64,000 nt of DNA. It comes from Candidatus Undinarchaeota archaeon. Its GTDB lineage: Archaea > SpSt-1190 > DYHY01 > CAZGQF01. Positions 36,801 through 46,035 of this stretch are shown in pieces (position 1 is the first letter of the stretch; the number at the start of each line of letters is the position of its first letter). Below the pieces are notes generated by a model. It did not search any database, had not been told where the DNA came from, and saw only the letters and a list, made by a program, of their open reading frames with translations. Position numbers and translations under genes: made by a program. The DNA lies in assembly GCA_964527545.1 (NCBI GenBank), contig CAZGQF010000002.1, forward strand, positions 157,981 through 221,980. The letters are read 5' to 3'.

Positions 36801-37604
36801 CCTGCAGCTCGAAGAGCAGGACTTGCTGTTCTTCTCGTTGTCGCCTGCGTCCGTAAGGGGGCCGTCGTACTCCACCAGGACTCCGTCCTCGCAGTAGTCG
36901 GAGGCGCAGACATCGCCGATGTCAAGGCCGTCGCAGGATGCGGAGGCGCCGTAGTTTTTCTCGCAGAGGTCCCTGTCCTCGTACTGGCAGGAGGAAGTGC
37001 ACTTGTCCTTTGTGTAGTCCCCGCTCGGGTCCGCGAACTCCTCTTCCGGCGACTTCTCGTCGCAGATCGCCGAGGCCCCGCAGTCATACTCGCACTTCTT
37101 GTCTGCGTGCTTGCCCTCCAGGTCGTACTCGCCGCTCTTCGCGCCCCACCGCTCGTCCTCCACGTTGTTTGAGTTGCACCTCACGCAGGCCTTGTCGCTC
37201 GAGTCGCAGATGCCGACTCCGTAGCCCCCCCAGCCGTCGACCGGGTTGACGTCGCACTCCTCGCCGCCGTTGGAGGCGCAGGCCTCGATGGTCGCTGAGA
37301 AAGATTCTGAGAAAGCGTCGATGATCACAGTGCCGTCGGCCGTGGAGCCGCCCGTGTCGACGCCCGCGTAGCAGAAGTGGTTTTCGGTGAAGCCAGGCCA
37401 GACATACTCCCTCTCCTCGCCGCCGACGGTCACTGTCATGTAGGGGTCTGGCGCGCAGCAGTAGTGGTGGTTATCGCCGCTCTGCCCTTCATATGTGGAT
37501 GAGATGCAGAAGCCGTTGTGGCTGCTAAGGTCGCAGGCGCAGTCCGTTGCCAAGACGGGCAAGAGAAGAAGAGCTAAAAGCAGGACCAACCCCCGTTTTC
37601 CCAT
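33801..37604 (-). CDS. Giant secreted cell-surface protein (~1267 aa) with tandem Cys-rich modules, three FN3-like domains and Ig-like C-terminal domains
   Basis: Signal peptide MGKRGLVLLLALLLLPVLA; about three ~65-aa repeats ...CGADxxC..DYC..GVLYEYDGAGTAAG...; FN3-like W-x-x-x-S-D/Y-x-V-W-R segments (LDWTESSDANGIDSYDVWRA; VSWSGASDTNGVSHYMLWRK; LSWSGASDINSISHYLVWRG). Confidence 0.7.
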   Translation of the reverse strand: MGKRGLVLLLALLLLPVLATDCACDLSSHNGFCISSTYEGQSGDNHHYCCAPDPYMTVTVGGEEREYVWPGFTENHFCYAGVDTGGSTADGTVIIDAFSESFSATIEACASNGGEECDVNPVDGWGGYGVGICDSSDKACVRCNSNNVEDERWGAKSGEYDLEGKHADKKCEYDCGASAICDEKSPEEEFADPSGDYTKDKCTSSCQYEDRDLCEKNYGASASCDGLDIGDVCASDYCEDGVLVEYDGPLTDAGDNEKNSKSCSSSCRCEDTLEAEPYRLCDTECGADSLCNHQRPGTICMADYCSNNRLYEYDGAGTAAGDGSKNGATCENGCECDSTLENGLYSTCDTECGADAQCEGKMPDDYCANDYCDGGVLYEYDGAGTAAGNEIMDGSRCTGSCGCDDTLEDASFSVCNFNDCGADIECNGLQHDDICRADCGLYAIQYCDSGCGCPPCPTSCSSDADCASGAFCDVSEGACRNSTMCENNRDSTDLCEVYCGADPECDERGEGLFAAGEGCNSMCEYDNTPPSAPSLSSLPDYDRDGEIDLDWTESSDANGIDSYDVWRAETSPATGGEVIRSLNSTSTFDVRSDGPVFYVIRAYDNVGLHSDSNEVSTTVDLGVDSPAEVTPFPDYSTTGNVSVSWSGASDTNGVSHYMLWRKAGGPWSLAQNTSDTSFEESLPDDGYSYKIETFDSAENSANSSAEEITVDTAVDSAASLDPLGQYAQSTVSLSWSGASDINSISHYLVWRGTSSGLYDTSFDAGGNRDYDDSTVEDGKEYFYVVETFDDAGNSANSSEESVKADTSAPEVNVTSPSEDEMFSSSPIPLTFTPTDPSPSGWDDIFDCDWFLDGDVVTGTEVVNETPEDVDLAVAKDGDHSLYVICADEAGNTDQSETVPFVLDTTPPDYSYLSQNNSLPNHGEFVNVSARWTDTYEVAQAQLELNRTGAWESLDTVDVNASSGWTNFTIDVSECSNNFIHWRITAEDSVGNSRTTETMTFEVDRHPAVDTPSFSPDDDPETPGSQLDPMESSYRTQTASAIASDPNGGADIVDGECWYFQPGANASEDAPDHVEDAEVSAKGGLSEDEREVSCEHRFAYDDEPGEWTVRVWAIDTKGNNASADGTFDYMEGVFVSLNSTTVDWGTLSLSQDQVRSSDVIQLNNTGNVALQTYFRGDHFEGQSDNRFNLTIDHLELDDDSSAGDDTGSNPIISYSQSFMKYSPNDDELGVGETWPVWHYLSTPDSLRDQEYRGTITVCAAKSGEGGCT
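36290..36950 (-). repeat. Intragenic tandem ~195-nt repeats encoding Cys-rich CGAD...EYDGAGTAAG modules
   Basis: Repeated DNA strings such as ggccgcagtcccg[gc]ccgtcgtactcgtagag recur ~195 nt apart (for example around 36443-36480 and 36640-36680); protein periodicity ~65 aa. Confidence 0.6.
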
Positions 37605-37681
37605 TGGGTTTGAAAGCAAGGAAATCTTTTTATATCTTACTAAAGTGGGGTAACACACCGTATGCTACTCGGAGATGAAAA

Positions 37682-38815
37682 ATGGGACTGAACAGCTGGT
37701 TGGCCAACCGTGAAAAGAGTTTCAAGCTGAAGATCGACCGCAAGTACAAGGCCAAGATACGGCCGGACAGCGTCGACAAGTACGAGACCATCTGCTACAG
37801 GGAGAAACTTGAAGGTGATCACTTCAAGCTCTCGCGCCATCCCTTCACCTACAAGCTCTACGAGCCGAGCGAGAAGGAGGAGAAGACAAAGCTCACTTCA
37901 GGGAAGGGGCGGGGCCTCGAGGTCTCGCTGGCGACACTCGCAAAACTCGACACCCTCGCCGAGGGAGGCGACCGCTTCCCGATCACGGTCCAGACGTCGA
38001 AAGGCGCCGTGACAGTGAAAGAGGAGGAGAGAAAGCTGGGCAAGGGCCTTCCTTTCTACGTGATGGAGGTCGAGCTGGAGGGCAGCCACAACCCTGCCTC
38101 GCAGGACAAGCTGACCGCCGTGGCCCACAGGCTCGTCTACAAGAAGTGGGATGCTGACGGGGCGGCGCCGACCGCCATAGTCGTGAAGGGCGGCAGCAGG
38201 GAGGACAGGGAGTACACAGCAGCCACGGGCAACACGGTCTGGGGTCTGAGGGAGAGGGCCATAGGCTCTACGCTCGAGCTGAAGGCGGACGCTGGCAGGA
38301 AGAGCGCGGACATAGTCGCCAAGAACTTCAAGAAAATAATCAGCCACAAGAAAAAGAAAGGCCTCGGCCAGAAGATAGTGGAGGGCGTCGCTTACGCAAT
38401 GACCTGGGGGATGTACCAGGGCGGCGAAAACATGAGGGCGGAGAACGAGGGCTGCATCCAGTACGTGGAAGACGCGGAGAACACGGACTGGGGCGTGCCA
38501 GAGGACGTGGCGACAGGGGCGCAGTGGGAGAGGGTAGGCATACTGATGAGAGACTTCGGCATCGGACTCGCGATCGGTATCCCCGTGGCGGCCGGCCTCT
38601 ACATCGGCGTCAAGAAGGCAGTTAAAAAGAAGAGGCACGGACATTGGGGCGGTACGCTGAGGGAGAAGGAGATCTGGGGGAGCTTCTCGAAGAACGGCCT
38701 TGCTGAGTACGTGGCGGCCATGGGGCTCGTCCCCTCAAGGGAGAACCCGTCGGCAAGCGCGATGATCAACTGGATGCCTGAGGACGAAGTGAAGAGCAAC
38801 TACGCAAAGGCGTGA
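37682..38815 (+). CDS. Hypothetical protein (377 aa) with a single C-terminal TM helix
   Basis: Basic N-terminus; TM helix VGILMRDFGIGLAIGIPVAAGLYIGV near the C-terminus; divergent AT-rich promoter region with TATA tctttttatatc. Confidence 0.5.
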   Translation: MGLNSWLANREKSFKLKIDRKYKAKIRPDSVDKYETICYREKLEGDHFKLSRHPFTYKLYEPSEKEEKTKLTSGKGRGLEVSLATLAKLDTLAEGGDRFPITVQTSKGAVTVKEEERKLGKGLPFYVMEVELEGSHNPASQDKLTAVAHRLVYKKWDADGAAPTAIVVKGGSREDREYTAATGNTVWGLRERAIGSTLELKADAGRKSADIVAKNFKKIISHKKKKGLGQKIVEGVAYAMTWGMYQGGENMRAENEGCIQYVEDAENTDWGVPEDVATGAQWERVGILMRDFGIGLAIGIPVAAGLYIGVKKAVKKKRHGHWGGTLREKEIWGSFSKNGLAEYVAAMGLVPSRENPSASAMINWMPEDEVKSNYAKA

Positions 38816-38872
38816 GAAGTTGCTACTTGCGGAGTAACAATTATTTTAAACCCCTGAGGAGTGCAAAGGGCG

Positions 38873-41800
38873 ATGGCCAGCAGGGACCCTGTCGAGCTTC
38901 AGCTGGAAAGGGAGAGGAACGGCCTGGGGAGGAGCGACCCTGTCAGCTCAATCGTGTCGGTCTACCGCGCCGAGAAGAGGGGCGTCCCCGTGAAGGAGGC
39001 GGTCAAGGAAGAGAAGGTTGAGCGCCTCGAGGAGAAGAGGGACAGCTACATTTTCGATTGTGTCAAGAATTTCGCGGAGTCCGACGTGGGGAGGCCGCTC
39101 TCCATCAGGGAGAGGGAAGTCCTCAAGATGCTCCTCGCAAACTCAGGAAATGTAAAGCTGACCGCCGAGCAGAAAGAGGCGCTCGAGAACCTGGGAGGGC
39201 CGGCGGGCGCGGAAGAGCTGCTGGAGAGGGCGAAGCTCGAGGCCCAGCCCAAGCTGGAGAGCTACACCACCCAGATAGAGGCGGCGGAGAGGGGGAGAGA
39301 GAAGGCGAGAGAGACGGCGCGCCTCGAAGAGGTGGCCGGGAAGGTGAAGCTCCCGGAGAAGAAGGGGCGGCCGCAGAAGATGAAGGCGAGGATCGGCTTC
39401 TTTTCAGAAAGCGAGAGAAAGGCGTCGTTCGGCCAGGGGCCGTACGAGACCAAGGCGAAGCAGTACTTCAGCGAGGACGAGATAGCTGAGCTGAGCGAGG
39501 ACGCGGCCGAGAGTCTGAGAGAGGCGCTGGGAGAGGAGGTCGAGACGATAGACGAGGTCAGGTGGAGGCTGGCTGCACTTGCAAGCCTCGCGTCGGAGGA
39601 GTTCAAGAAGTACCATTCAACGTTGACGGAGGAAGGGAAGAAACGCATAGTCAAAGTGAGCAACTACAAGAAGCAGGTTGAGAAGATCGCCTCATCGCTC
39701 GCAGGCAAGAAGCTTGAGAAGAGAGACGAGGTGACTGCCCAGATCTCTGCAGTCAAGGAACAGTACAGCAGCGTCCTCAACTCCGTCTCCCAGCTGAAAG
39801 GCGCCGGGCATCCCATCGAAAAGCTGGCAGCCATGGCCGAGAAATCTGCGAAGGGCCTCCCACTCTCCAAGAAGGACAAAAAAGAACTGAAGATGGCGCT
39901 CCAGCACTCCACGCAGAAGGCGATGGAAAACGCAGTCGGCGACATGGTGGCGGAGCACGCACTGCCGATGCTGAACAAAGCGAAGTCGGCGCTGGAGAAG
40001 CTGGAGTCCGGCCTGAAAAACAAGCTGTCGGTGGGTGAGCAGATTGAGCTGATCAGGGAAGCCAGGGAGAGCTACCACGGAAACCTGGGAGGGCTGGTCG
40101 AGGACGAGAAGATGGAGGCGGCGGTCGGGCCCATCGACGAGGCGATCAACTACCTCGAGCAGGTCAAGGAGTGGAACGACAGCTACAGGTCGAAAATCCT
40201 GGAGATAAAGAGCAAGATAAGGATCAAGCCGGACGAGGGCTTCCAGGAGTGGCTCCAGAAAGAGAGGGAGGAAGGCTCTGCCGACATCGACCCCGAAGTC
40301 TACGGACCTCAGCTCGCAAAGCTCGCCAAGCACTTCGAGTCGGAGGTCAAGGACGTCTTCACTGAGAGCGTCGAGGAGAACAGAAAAGACAGGGAGCTCC
40401 TGCAGAGGATAGGAAGGGCGAGGGAGAAGATGGAGGAGCTCTCCGAGGACGCCAAGGAGAACTACAGCTCATGGGGGGCCACCTCGGACCAGGCGGGGAA
40501 GAGGCTGGTGGGGCGCTTCCACGGCCTCGAGGACGGCCTCATCATGACGCTCTTCGAGGTCAACCCGCAACTGAGCGAGACATTCAACCAGATGATGGAG
40601 GGCGGCGGACCCCAGAAGGGTGCGCTGCTGGAGCTTGAGGAGGAGAGAGAGCTGCTCGACTCTGCCATGAGGCTGAGCGAGGAGCAGAAGTTCAAGAGCT
40701 TCGTCGGCTCCGCGGCCGAAATCCTCTCCAAGCCGTACAGGGCGGTCTTCGAGAAGGCGGAAGAGCTGCTCCAGTCCGAAATCCAAGGAAGGAAAAGCGC
40801 CCTACTGGACGTGATGGCCAAGTACGGCGACGCGCTGGAAAAGGAGACAGAGAGGAGAAACAAGAAGAACTACGCCCCTGAGCTGGAACTGGACAAGAGG
40901 GGCCGCCTCGAGGACGCCTCCAAGCTGTCGGAGCACGCCTTCGACTCCGTGATGAAGGGCGGAAGGCTGGAGATACTGAAGAGGCTCAAGTCCGCGGCAG
41001 AGAAGAGGAGTGACGACGATCCCTACGCCAAGGCGTTCAAGAAGAACGAGAAAGAGGCTGTGGAAGGCCTTCTCGAGCCGGCCGTCAGCCTGCTCAGCGA
41101 GAGGGTGAAAAATCTCGACAAGATGCTGAAGCAGTACCCGGCCGCACTGAAGGAGATAGAGGACTCGGAGGCCCAGCCCGACCTGATCTCGCTCTACGGA
41201 GAGCTTGTGGAGAAGTACGGCGAAGACCTGCTGCCGCTCACCGCAAGGAGCGTCGCCCTCTTCGTTGAGGAGGAGGCTGAGACGCTCTCGCCGCTCAACA
41301 ACGCCTTCGGTACGAGGTCGAGGGGCATGTTCACGCTGGCCATCTGGAAGGGCCTCGGCGGGGAGAAGATCAAGAGAGTCAGGGAGGCCATCGCTGGCGA
41401 GAAAAGCAGGGACTTCAGCTACCTCCTCGACAAAATCAAAGACGAGATGGCTTCAGACTACGACCTCTCGCCGGAGGAGGAGGAGCTCGTCTCCCTCGCC
41501 ATACCGAGAGTCGCTCCAGTGGACGCGGAGACCCTGCCGGAGAGCGTCAAGTCGACGGAGATAATTTTCAGCACACTGTATAACGATTTCGAAGAAGTGG
41601 GTAAGGAGTACAAGAAGGCAGGCAAGGAGTACCTTGAGCTGAAGTCTGGGCTCAAAAGCGCCTCAAACTGCGACGAAGAGACCGCAGGCAGGGCGGTCAA
41701 GACGCTCAAAGCGCTCGGCGTGCTCAAGGAGGCAGAAGACACTATAGAGATCCAGGAAGCCCTCTTCTCCGTGGAAGGGAGCATGAGGCTTCCCGACCTG

Positions 41801-42004
41801 GACGCAAGCGAGGCCTACGAGTTCACGGACAAGTACGCGGCGCTCCACGAAAAGTTCAGCGGCAGTGTGGAGGAGATGTCGCGTGGGGTGGAGGGGCTGA
41901 AAAGCTGCGTGAGGGAGATGAGGCCCCTACAGTCAACGCCTGAAGAGTACAGAAGGCTTCTCAAGGAGAGGGTGGACAAGCACGTCTACTCTCTCGCGGA
42001 ATGA
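38873..42004 (+). CDS. Very large (1044 aa) Lys/Glu-rich predicted coiled-coil protein; no enzymatic motif recognised
   Basis: Continuous helical, charged sequence with heptad-like periodicity; no Walker A or other catalytic motif; TATA caattattttaaacc ~25 nt upstream of ATG 38873 (the ORF-table start 38861 is a GTG 12 nt earlier). Confidence 0.6.
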   Translation: MASRDPVELQLERERNGLGRSDPVSSIVSVYRAEKRGVPVKEAVKEEKVERLEEKRDSYIFDCVKNFAESDVGRPLSIREREVLKMLLANSGNVKLTAEQKEALENLGGPAGAEELLERAKLEAQPKLESYTTQIEAAERGREKARETARLEEVAGKVKLPEKKGRPQKMKARIGFFSESERKASFGQGPYETKAKQYFSEDEIAELSEDAAESLREALGEEVETIDEVRWRLAALASLASEEFKKYHSTLTEEGKKRIVKVSNYKKQVEKIASSLAGKKLEKRDEVTAQISAVKEQYSSVLNSVSQLKGAGHPIEKLAAMAEKSAKGLPLSKKDKKELKMALQHSTQKAMENAVGDMVAEHALPMLNKAKSALEKLESGLKNKLSVGEQIELIREARESYHGNLGGLVEDEKMEAAVGPIDEAINYLEQVKEWNDSYRSKILEIKSKIRIKPDEGFQEWLQKEREEGSADIDPEVYGPQLAKLAKHFESEVKDVFTESVEENRKDRELLQRIGRAREKMEELSEDAKENYSSWGATSDQAGKRLVGRFHGLEDGLIMTLFEVNPQLSETFNQMMEGGGPQKGALLELEEERELLDSAMRLSEEQKFKSFVGSAAEILSKPYRAVFEKAEELLQSEIQGRKSALLDVMAKYGDALEKETERRNKKNYAPELELDKRGRLEDASKLSEHAFDSVMKGGRLEILKRLKSAAEKRSDDDPYAKAFKKNEKEAVEGLLEPAVSLLSERVKNLDKMLKQYPAALKEIEDSEAQPDLISLYGELVEKYGEDLLPLTARSVALFVEEEAETLSPLNNAFGTRSRGMFTLAIWKGLGGEKIKRVREAIAGEKSRDFSYLLDKIKDEMASDYDLSPEEEELVSLAIPRVAPVDAETLPESVKSTEIIFSTLYNDFEEVGKEYKKAGKEYLELKSGLKSASNCDEETAGRAVKTLKALGVLKEAEDTIEIQEALFSVEGSMRLPDLDASEAYEFTDKYAALHEKFSGSVEEMSRGVEGLKSCVREMRPLQSTPEEYRRLLKERVDKHVYSLAE

Positions 42005-42005
42005 T

Positions 42006-44342
42006 TCACGAAGAGAACTTCGCCCTTCTCGAGGCGTAGGCCCCCTTTGTCAGCTCTTCTATCCTCTCGGCGTCCTCGAATGCGAACTCGAGCGTCGGAA
42101 GGCCGCCGCTCACCGAGCGGGTCACCCTGAAGACGCCGACCTTGCCGTCCTCGGTTTTCCTGCCGCCGCTCACCATCACCCCAGGTATCTGCGTCGATGA
42201 GAAGTGCCTGCCCATGCCGTATGAGACCTCCTGCATCTCCATCTGGCTCTGGTATCCGCTCAGCCTGTCGAGGTCGGCCGAGCTCTTGCCGTTATCCTTC
42301 CCGCCTGAGAGGACCGTTCCCGCCACGGGCACTATCTCCGGGACCTTCTCGTCGATGCCTCCCGCCATGATCTGATAGAAAGTCAGCAGCTCGTCCTGGC
42401 CGAGCCGCCTTGCAGCGACGAGGCCGTTGCTGACGCTCTTGTTCCTGAGCATCTTGGAGCGCTGCATGTGGGGCCGTCCGTAGAGCTTCATCGCCTCCTC
42501 GTTCCTCTTGGCCTGGAGCTCTTTCTGCTCCGCCGTGAGGCCCAGGCCGCCGACGTCGAGCTCGCCCCTGATCCTCAGGCCCTCCTCTATGACAGACCTC
42601 TGGTACTTGTTGAACTTTGAGACTCCCTGGATTGCTTCAGCTGCGTTGTCCCAGCTGTAGCCCTTGCTCGAGAGGAAACCCTCCGCAGTCTCCAGGCTGA
42701 TCAGCTTCCGTATCAGCTCCGACGTCTCGCCCGAGTCGACGAAGACGACGCCGTAGGGGAGATGGCCGTTCTTGGCAAGGACCTCCAATGCCTCCTGCGC
42801 CCTCTGCTCCATGTCGCCGCTCTCCATCTTGTCGGCGAAGCTCATCTGAAGTATGAGGGGCAGCCTCGTCTCCTCCAGGCCGTTTCCGAAGTCGAACTTG
42901 TAGGGCCAGAACTCGTTTTCGTCGTAGGAGCTGGTCGACTGTATCTCCACTTTGACGGCTGTGGAGCCCGCGGCGTCCTGGAAGACGCAGAAGTCATTGA
43001 ACTCCTCGGCCCAGCCGAGGAACTCTTTGCGGGCGTCGGAGCCCTCGTCCAGGACCTTCTCTGTGACCCAGTGGAGCTTGGCGGCATCTGACCTCTCGCC
43101 CAGGCTGTCCCAGAGCTCTTTCATCTCCGCCTCCTTCCCGTCGAGCTCCTCCCCGTCGCGGGTCTTCCTTATCATGGAGTTCACCCTCTCCCTTGCCGGC
43201 TCCCTCGACGACGAGTAGGCCACGTCCCTGTAGCCGTAGACAGCGTTCCTTATCCCCTTGACCAGGTGGTTGGAGCGGTAGGCGTAGTCGGCCACGCTGA
43301 TGCCGCCCTTTCCCTCCGCGTACTCCCCCTTGAGCTCCTCAAGTTTCTCGGAGATCTTTTCCACGTGTCCCGCCACTTCGCTCGGCGTCGTGCATTTCAC
43401 TCTCTCGCTCTCCAGCTCAAGGGTGCCGTCACCGTTCTCCACGAGCTCCCTGCACTCCAATTCGAACTCAGGCATCTCGTCGTCGCCCATTGTGTCGAGG
43501 AGGCGCCTCATTCTCTCCGCGTATCTCAGTGAGATGTCGTTCTGGAAGTTGAGCACCGAGCCGCAGAACTCGTCGACCTGCGAAGGTGTGTGCGACGGCT
43601 CGAAGCCCTCGTTCTTGTCGACCGCCTCCCTTATCCCATCGACGTCGTCCATGAACTTTTGGTACTGCTCGTGAAGCTCGCAGAGCCTGGAGCCGTTGTG
43701 GTCGTCGTCGCCAACCATCTCCTTGGCAGACTCCCCCAATTTCGGGAAGGGCGCATCGTAGCGCTCGTCGTTGACGCGCATGTGGAGCAGGTCGACGAAC
43801 TCGCCGTAGAAGGGTATCACCTCAAAGGCGTTGTTGGGTATGTAGATGTTGCCCGCCTTGATGTGGGCGTTGACGTTGACGTGCCTGTCCAGTTCGAGCT
43901 GGTTCTCGAGGTCGTGCCTTATCCTCATCAGCCTCGCCTCCAGCACCTTCGTTGTCTCGCCCGCGAAGAACTCTATCTGGCCTTCCTGCTCGCTGATTGG
44001 CTTGGAGCCGTCTACCACGAGGAAGTGGGTTATGGAGTCGCCCGTCCTCACGAAGTGGCCGTCGAGAAGGCTGATGCCGCGGGTGAGGTGCTTCACTCTC
44101 TCATTTGCCTTCTTCGTGTAGGCCTGGCCGGGGACTGTGGTCGACGCCATCCTCCCGATTGTGACGGAGTCGATGTCCGCAGTTTTGCCCTCCTTCGCCC
44201 AGCTCAAAAGGTTCTTTATCCGCTTGGACTTGGACTTGGACCTTTCAAAGTCGAGCCTGTAGACTGGGTAGTCGCTGTCCGACTTCAACTCTTTGTAAAC
44301 GTAAAACGCCCCATTGTTCTTCGCCTTGGCAAGTATAGTCAT
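42006..44342 (-). CDS. Large (778 aa) hypothetical protein, function unknown
   Basis: Long ORF convergent with the coiled-coil gene (stop codons 1 nt apart); no recognisable motif; Gly-rich C-terminal region. Confidence 0.6.
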   Translation of the reverse strand: MTILAKAKNNGAFYVYKELKSDSDYPVYRLDFERSKSKSKRIKNLLSWAKEGKTADIDSVTIGRMASTTVPGQAYTKKANERVKHLTRGISLLDGHFVRTGDSITHFLVVDGSKPISEQEGQIEFFAGETTKVLEARLMRIRHDLENQLELDRHVNVNAHIKAGNIYIPNNAFEVIPFYGEFVDLLHMRVNDERYDAPFPKLGESAKEMVGDDDHNGSRLCELHEQYQKFMDDVDGIREAVDKNEGFEPSHTPSQVDEFCGSVLNFQNDISLRYAERMRRLLDTMGDDEMPEFELECRELVENGDGTLELESERVKCTTPSEVAGHVEKISEKLEELKGEYAEGKGGISVADYAYRSNHLVKGIRNAVYGYRDVAYSSSREPARERVNSMIRKTRDGEELDGKEAEMKELWDSLGERSDAAKLHWVTEKVLDEGSDARKEFLGWAEEFNDFCVFQDAAGSTAVKVEIQSTSSYDENEFWPYKFDFGNGLEETRLPLILQMSFADKMESGDMEQRAQEALEVLAKNGHLPYGVVFVDSGETSELIRKLISLETAEGFLSSKGYSWDNAAEAIQGVSKFNKYQRSVIEEGLRIRGELDVGGLGLTAEQKELQAKRNEEAMKLYGRPHMQRSKMLRNKSVSNGLVAARRLGQDELLTFYQIMAGGIDEKVPEIVPVAGTVLSGGKDNGKSSADLDRLSGYQSQMEMQEVSYGMGRHFSSTQIPGVMVSGGRKTEDGKVGVFRVTRSVSGGLPTLEFAFEDAERIEELTKGAYASRRAKFSS

Positions 44343-44464
44343 CTCTCAAACCCTGAGTCACCCCGGAGAAAAGTAACTTAAAAGCTTTTTGAAAAGTCAT
44401 AATTGGGGAATGACAAATATTCGCACGAAAGAACGCATTTAAGCCGAGAAAATGAGGGGGAGGC

Positions 44465-45289
44465 ATGGACCTGAAAGAGGACGTCGTTGCCTACTACTCG
44501 AAAGTCGCCCCCGAGATTGCCGGTTTTCTCGGTGAGAGGGAGGTCGCCTCCCGCGTCTGGCTGTCGGAGACGATGCGCCTCATCAAGCGCGGCTCGAAAG
44601 AAGAGCCGCTCAAGGCCGAGGAGCTTTCGCAGGTCGACGACAACTTCTTCTCCCTGCGAGAGGGGTCGCTGGGCGACGCGAGGGGAAAGATCACGAAGAC
44701 TCAGGAGAGGATCTGGACCTACTTCCCCCCGCGGAAGCTCTGCGACCTCTTCTACGCCACCAACTTCGAGAAGGGCAACGAGATCTCGCGCGTCTTCTTC
44801 GACCTGGACAGGAAGGGCGACGTGACAGCAGAGGATGCGTTCGAGGCGACCAAGGTTTTCTGCGATTCCATCGAAGAGTCGTCTGACTTCAAGCCCCATG
44901 TCCTCTGGACTGGGAACTCTTTCCACGTCTACCTCTTCTTCAAGGCGAAAAAGAAGAGCTTCTACGAGAAGTTCCAGGCAGGAAAGGGGTTCGAGGGCAC
45001 TCTCACCGAAGACTGGATAGGGCAGGCGTCAGAGAAGACAAAAGTCGAGATCAGGGGCGGCCATGAGAGAGTGAAAGACGCCGTGGTGGTCGACCCCTCG
45101 CAGACGCCGCCGGGCAAGCTGGCCCGCGCCCCTTTCTCCCTCCACATGGCCGGCCCAAGGACAATTGACGGCGTCTGCCTCCCGATCGGGGAGCTGGGTG
45201 AAGTCGACGTCAAAAAACTTGTCAGCTACACGCCAGAAATGGTATTGGAAAACATCGACGAGCTGGCCAAGCTGGTCCCCTCGCCCTGA
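44465..45289 (+). CDS. Archaeo-eukaryotic primase (AEP) superfamily primase-polymerase, LigD polymerase-domain-like
   Basis: AEP motif I VFFDLDRKGD (DxD), motif II WTGNSFHVYLFF (sGxxxH), motif III VVVDPSQ..PGKLARAPFSLHMAG (D..R.P.S.H); N-terminal VAYYSKVAP resembles LigD PolDom; TATA-like catttaag 24 nt upstream. Confidence 0.7.
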   Translation: MDLKEDVVAYYSKVAPEIAGFLGEREVASRVWLSETMRLIKRGSKEEPLKAEELSQVDDNFFSLREGSLGDARGKITKTQERIWTYFPPRKLCDLFYATNFEKGNEISRVFFDLDRKGDVTAEDAFEATKVFCDSIEESSDFKPHVLWTGNSFHVYLFFKAKKKSFYEKFQAGKGFEGTLTEDWIGQASEKTKVEIRGGHERVKDAVVVDPSQTPPGKLARAPFSLHMAGPRTIDGVCLPIGELGEVDVKKLVSYTPEMVLENIDELAKLVPSP

Positions 45290-45330
45290 ACACCCAAAAA
45301 CTTTTGATTCGCTGAGAAGGGGCGGAGGCG

Positions 45331-46035
45331 ATGGACAGGGGAGAAGTCTTCGATGAGATTGTGGAGGCCTACGACTACGTGGTCAAGGGAGTGGAGAAGA
45401 GGGCGAGGGAGAACGACTCCAGGGCTTACGGTGGCGTGGTGAGGTCGAGCAAGGGAAAGCTGGTCGAGTCGATAGCGAGGAGGCTGGTCGAGCTGGCCTG
45501 GTCTGAGCTCGGCGGCTCACCCGGCAGGCTGGAGCTGACAGGCTCGCAGATCAAGATCCCCCTAAAAGAGAGCTATCTCGAGAGGGTGGAAGACGACGAG
45601 GTCAGGTCGCACATCAAGAGAAACATCGGCGACTACTACTACCCCTACAGGCCCGACGTGCTCGTGCTGGTAGACGGCAGGCCGGAGCTGCTCATAGAGT
45701 GCAAGACCTACGCGGAGAACGCGATGCTGAAGAGGATACTGATCGACTTCTCCTTAGTCAGGGGGATCTACCCTGAGATAGAGCTGGTCCTCCTCCAGCT
45801 GGAGAGCCAGCTCGGGGGCGACTACTCGAGCCTTAAGGAGAGGCGTTTCGGCAGCACGTCCACCCACACGCTCCTCTCCCACTTCGACATCGACATGGAG
45901 ATAGTGACCCTTTTGAGGGGGGAGAGAAAAGTCGACAGGCCAATCCACAAGCCAGAGTTCTTCAAGGACCTGGAGAGAGAGGACCTGGAAAGGGCGCTGG
46001 GGACCATCAAGGAGAAGCTAGAGCCCCTGGCCTAA
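45331..46035 (+). CDS. PD-(D/E)xK nuclease-fold protein, candidate type II restriction endonuclease
   Basis: YRPDVLVLVDGRPELLIECK gives PD...(E)xK catalytic motif; convergent and overlapping by 18 nt with the DNA methyltransferase gene. Confidence 0.5.
   Translation: MDRGEVFDEIVEAYDYVVKGVEKRARENDSRAYGGVVRSSKGKLVESIARRLVELAWSELGGSPGRLELTGSQIKIPLKESYLERVEDDEVRSHIKRNIGDYYYPYRPDVLVLVDGRPELLIECKTYAENAMLKRILIDFSLVRGIYPEIELVLLQLESQLGGDYSSLKERRFGSTSTHTLLSHFDIDMEIVTLLRGERKVDRPIHKPEFFKDLEREDLERALGTIKEKLEPLA

Noticed and set aside
36312-37172. 286-aa plus-strand ORF and 251-aa minus-strand ORF 36332..37087
   Set aside because: Alternative frames of the giant secreted-protein gene; Ala/Arg/Thr-rich low-complexity translations.
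39692-40333. 213-aa minus-strand ORF inside the coiled-coil gene, and similar entries (43590..44381, 9599..10549, 19529..20263, 23776..24426, 24453..25121, 27687..28304, 28605..29768, 52947..53792, 14327..15088, 1952..2857)
   Set aside because: All are antisense or alternative-frame ORFs within confidently assigned genes; compositionally biased, expected at 62% GC.
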